In this document: one piece after another, positions 63,403-64,000 of the stretch
Numbering within the stretch: the first letter of the stretch is position 1
Layout of the letters: every line of letters starts with the position of its first letter
NCBI RefSeq assembly: GCF_006345805.1
Contig: NC_043013.1
Span: forward strand, 30,380,001-30,444,000
DNA: 64,000 nucleotides
Direction of reading: 5' to 3'
Source of the DNA: Octopus sinensis
Taxonomy: Eukaryota
Translations under genes and position numbers: made by a program
Notes under the pieces: model-generated
Databases searched by the model: none
The model's input: only the letters and a program-made list of their open reading frames with translations
Told to the model about the DNA's origin: nothing

Positions 63403-64000
63403 GAGTCGCTTGCAGGGGCCAAAATCGAAGCCGGCAAGTCGGTCGGATTGCGACTGGGCATCAAGAGAGTCAGATGGATGCTGTCGGATAGCGTCGTCGG
63501 ACGCTGGACTGAGGGACCAGTTAAAATACTCGGGGTCTTGTTCGTTTCCGACCACTAGGTGGATACGAATTGGGTTGAGACGACGAACAGAGTGGTGTGA
63601 GTACGCAGACATGAGCAGTGAGGAAGTTGTCTCTGAATAGTCGGCCAGAGGCGGCGAATGCCTACATCGCATCTCTCATTATTTATTGCCTGACAGTCGT
63701 GCTTTGCCCTAGTTACTCCTTGATTAAATTGGAGTGTATATCGTTTATTCTTTAGTGTAAGGGAAGCGTTCCAATGGTCAGGCGGTCAGTCAGCTTCCAA
63801 CTCCCCCTACATGGTGGCTTAGGTATGCCACGGCTTTTGACGCGCAAATACGCACTCAGGTTGCCCCACCTGCAATCATTTCTAGAAGGTGAACGCGTGT
63901 GGGCTCGCTTTGCGAGACACGCCCTTCCGCAGTTCATCTACTTGACAGAGCTGCATTCCTAGGTAAACGATAGGCCTAGATTGTACGCCTGCGACTTAGA
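63403..64000 (+). mobile_element. Tx1/L1-type LINE RT C-terminal fragment, decayed; runs off the window
   Basis: ESLAGAKIEAGKSVGLRLG...VVGRWTEGPVKILGV...VPMVRRSVSFQLPLHGGLGMPRLLTRKYALRL (the GAKIN..KS, KYLGV and GGLG motifs). Confidence 0.8.

Noticed and set aside
62532-63464. 310-aa acidic ORF, the longest in the track
   Set aside because: It is a chimera of antisense L1 sequence, a trinucleotide array and a Dong N-terminal remnant, not a supportable gene.

Overview
AT-rich, microsatellite- and transposon-dense metazoan DNA. The SINE and LINE families resemble those of Octopus (coleoid cephalopod); this is an inference from recognising the repeats, not a database result. I cannot support any intact host gene. 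Almost all ORFs in the track are translated microsatellites or decayed transposon ORFs, and only a few weak exon candidates remain. Supported content: (1) many R4/Dong-type (restriction-like endonuclease) LINE fragments, the 3'-end ones embedded in (TAA)n tracts, with a same-strand cluster at ~17.6-22 kb; (2) Tx1/L1-type and RTE-type LINE fragments; (3) a full-length but dead Chapaev3-like DNA transposon (12-bp TIRs, ATA TSD); (4) a full-length but dead Tc1 DD34E element with ~203-bp TIRs; (5) mariner-like, hAT-like and other MITEs; (6) several tRNA-headed SINE families that swap heads and tails. The most notable observation is hammerhead-ribozyme motifs in three unrelated small non-coding elements. 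Two are Penelope-type minimal type I motifs: one at 5961-5995, and an inverted pair in the tail of a tRNA-headed SINE at 16931-17410. The third is a type III-like motif forming the centre of a ~170-bp fold-back element at 27930-28102. Together they suggest a retrozyme-like system of self-cleaving non-autonomous elements. All folds were derived by hand and need computational and biochemical tests.
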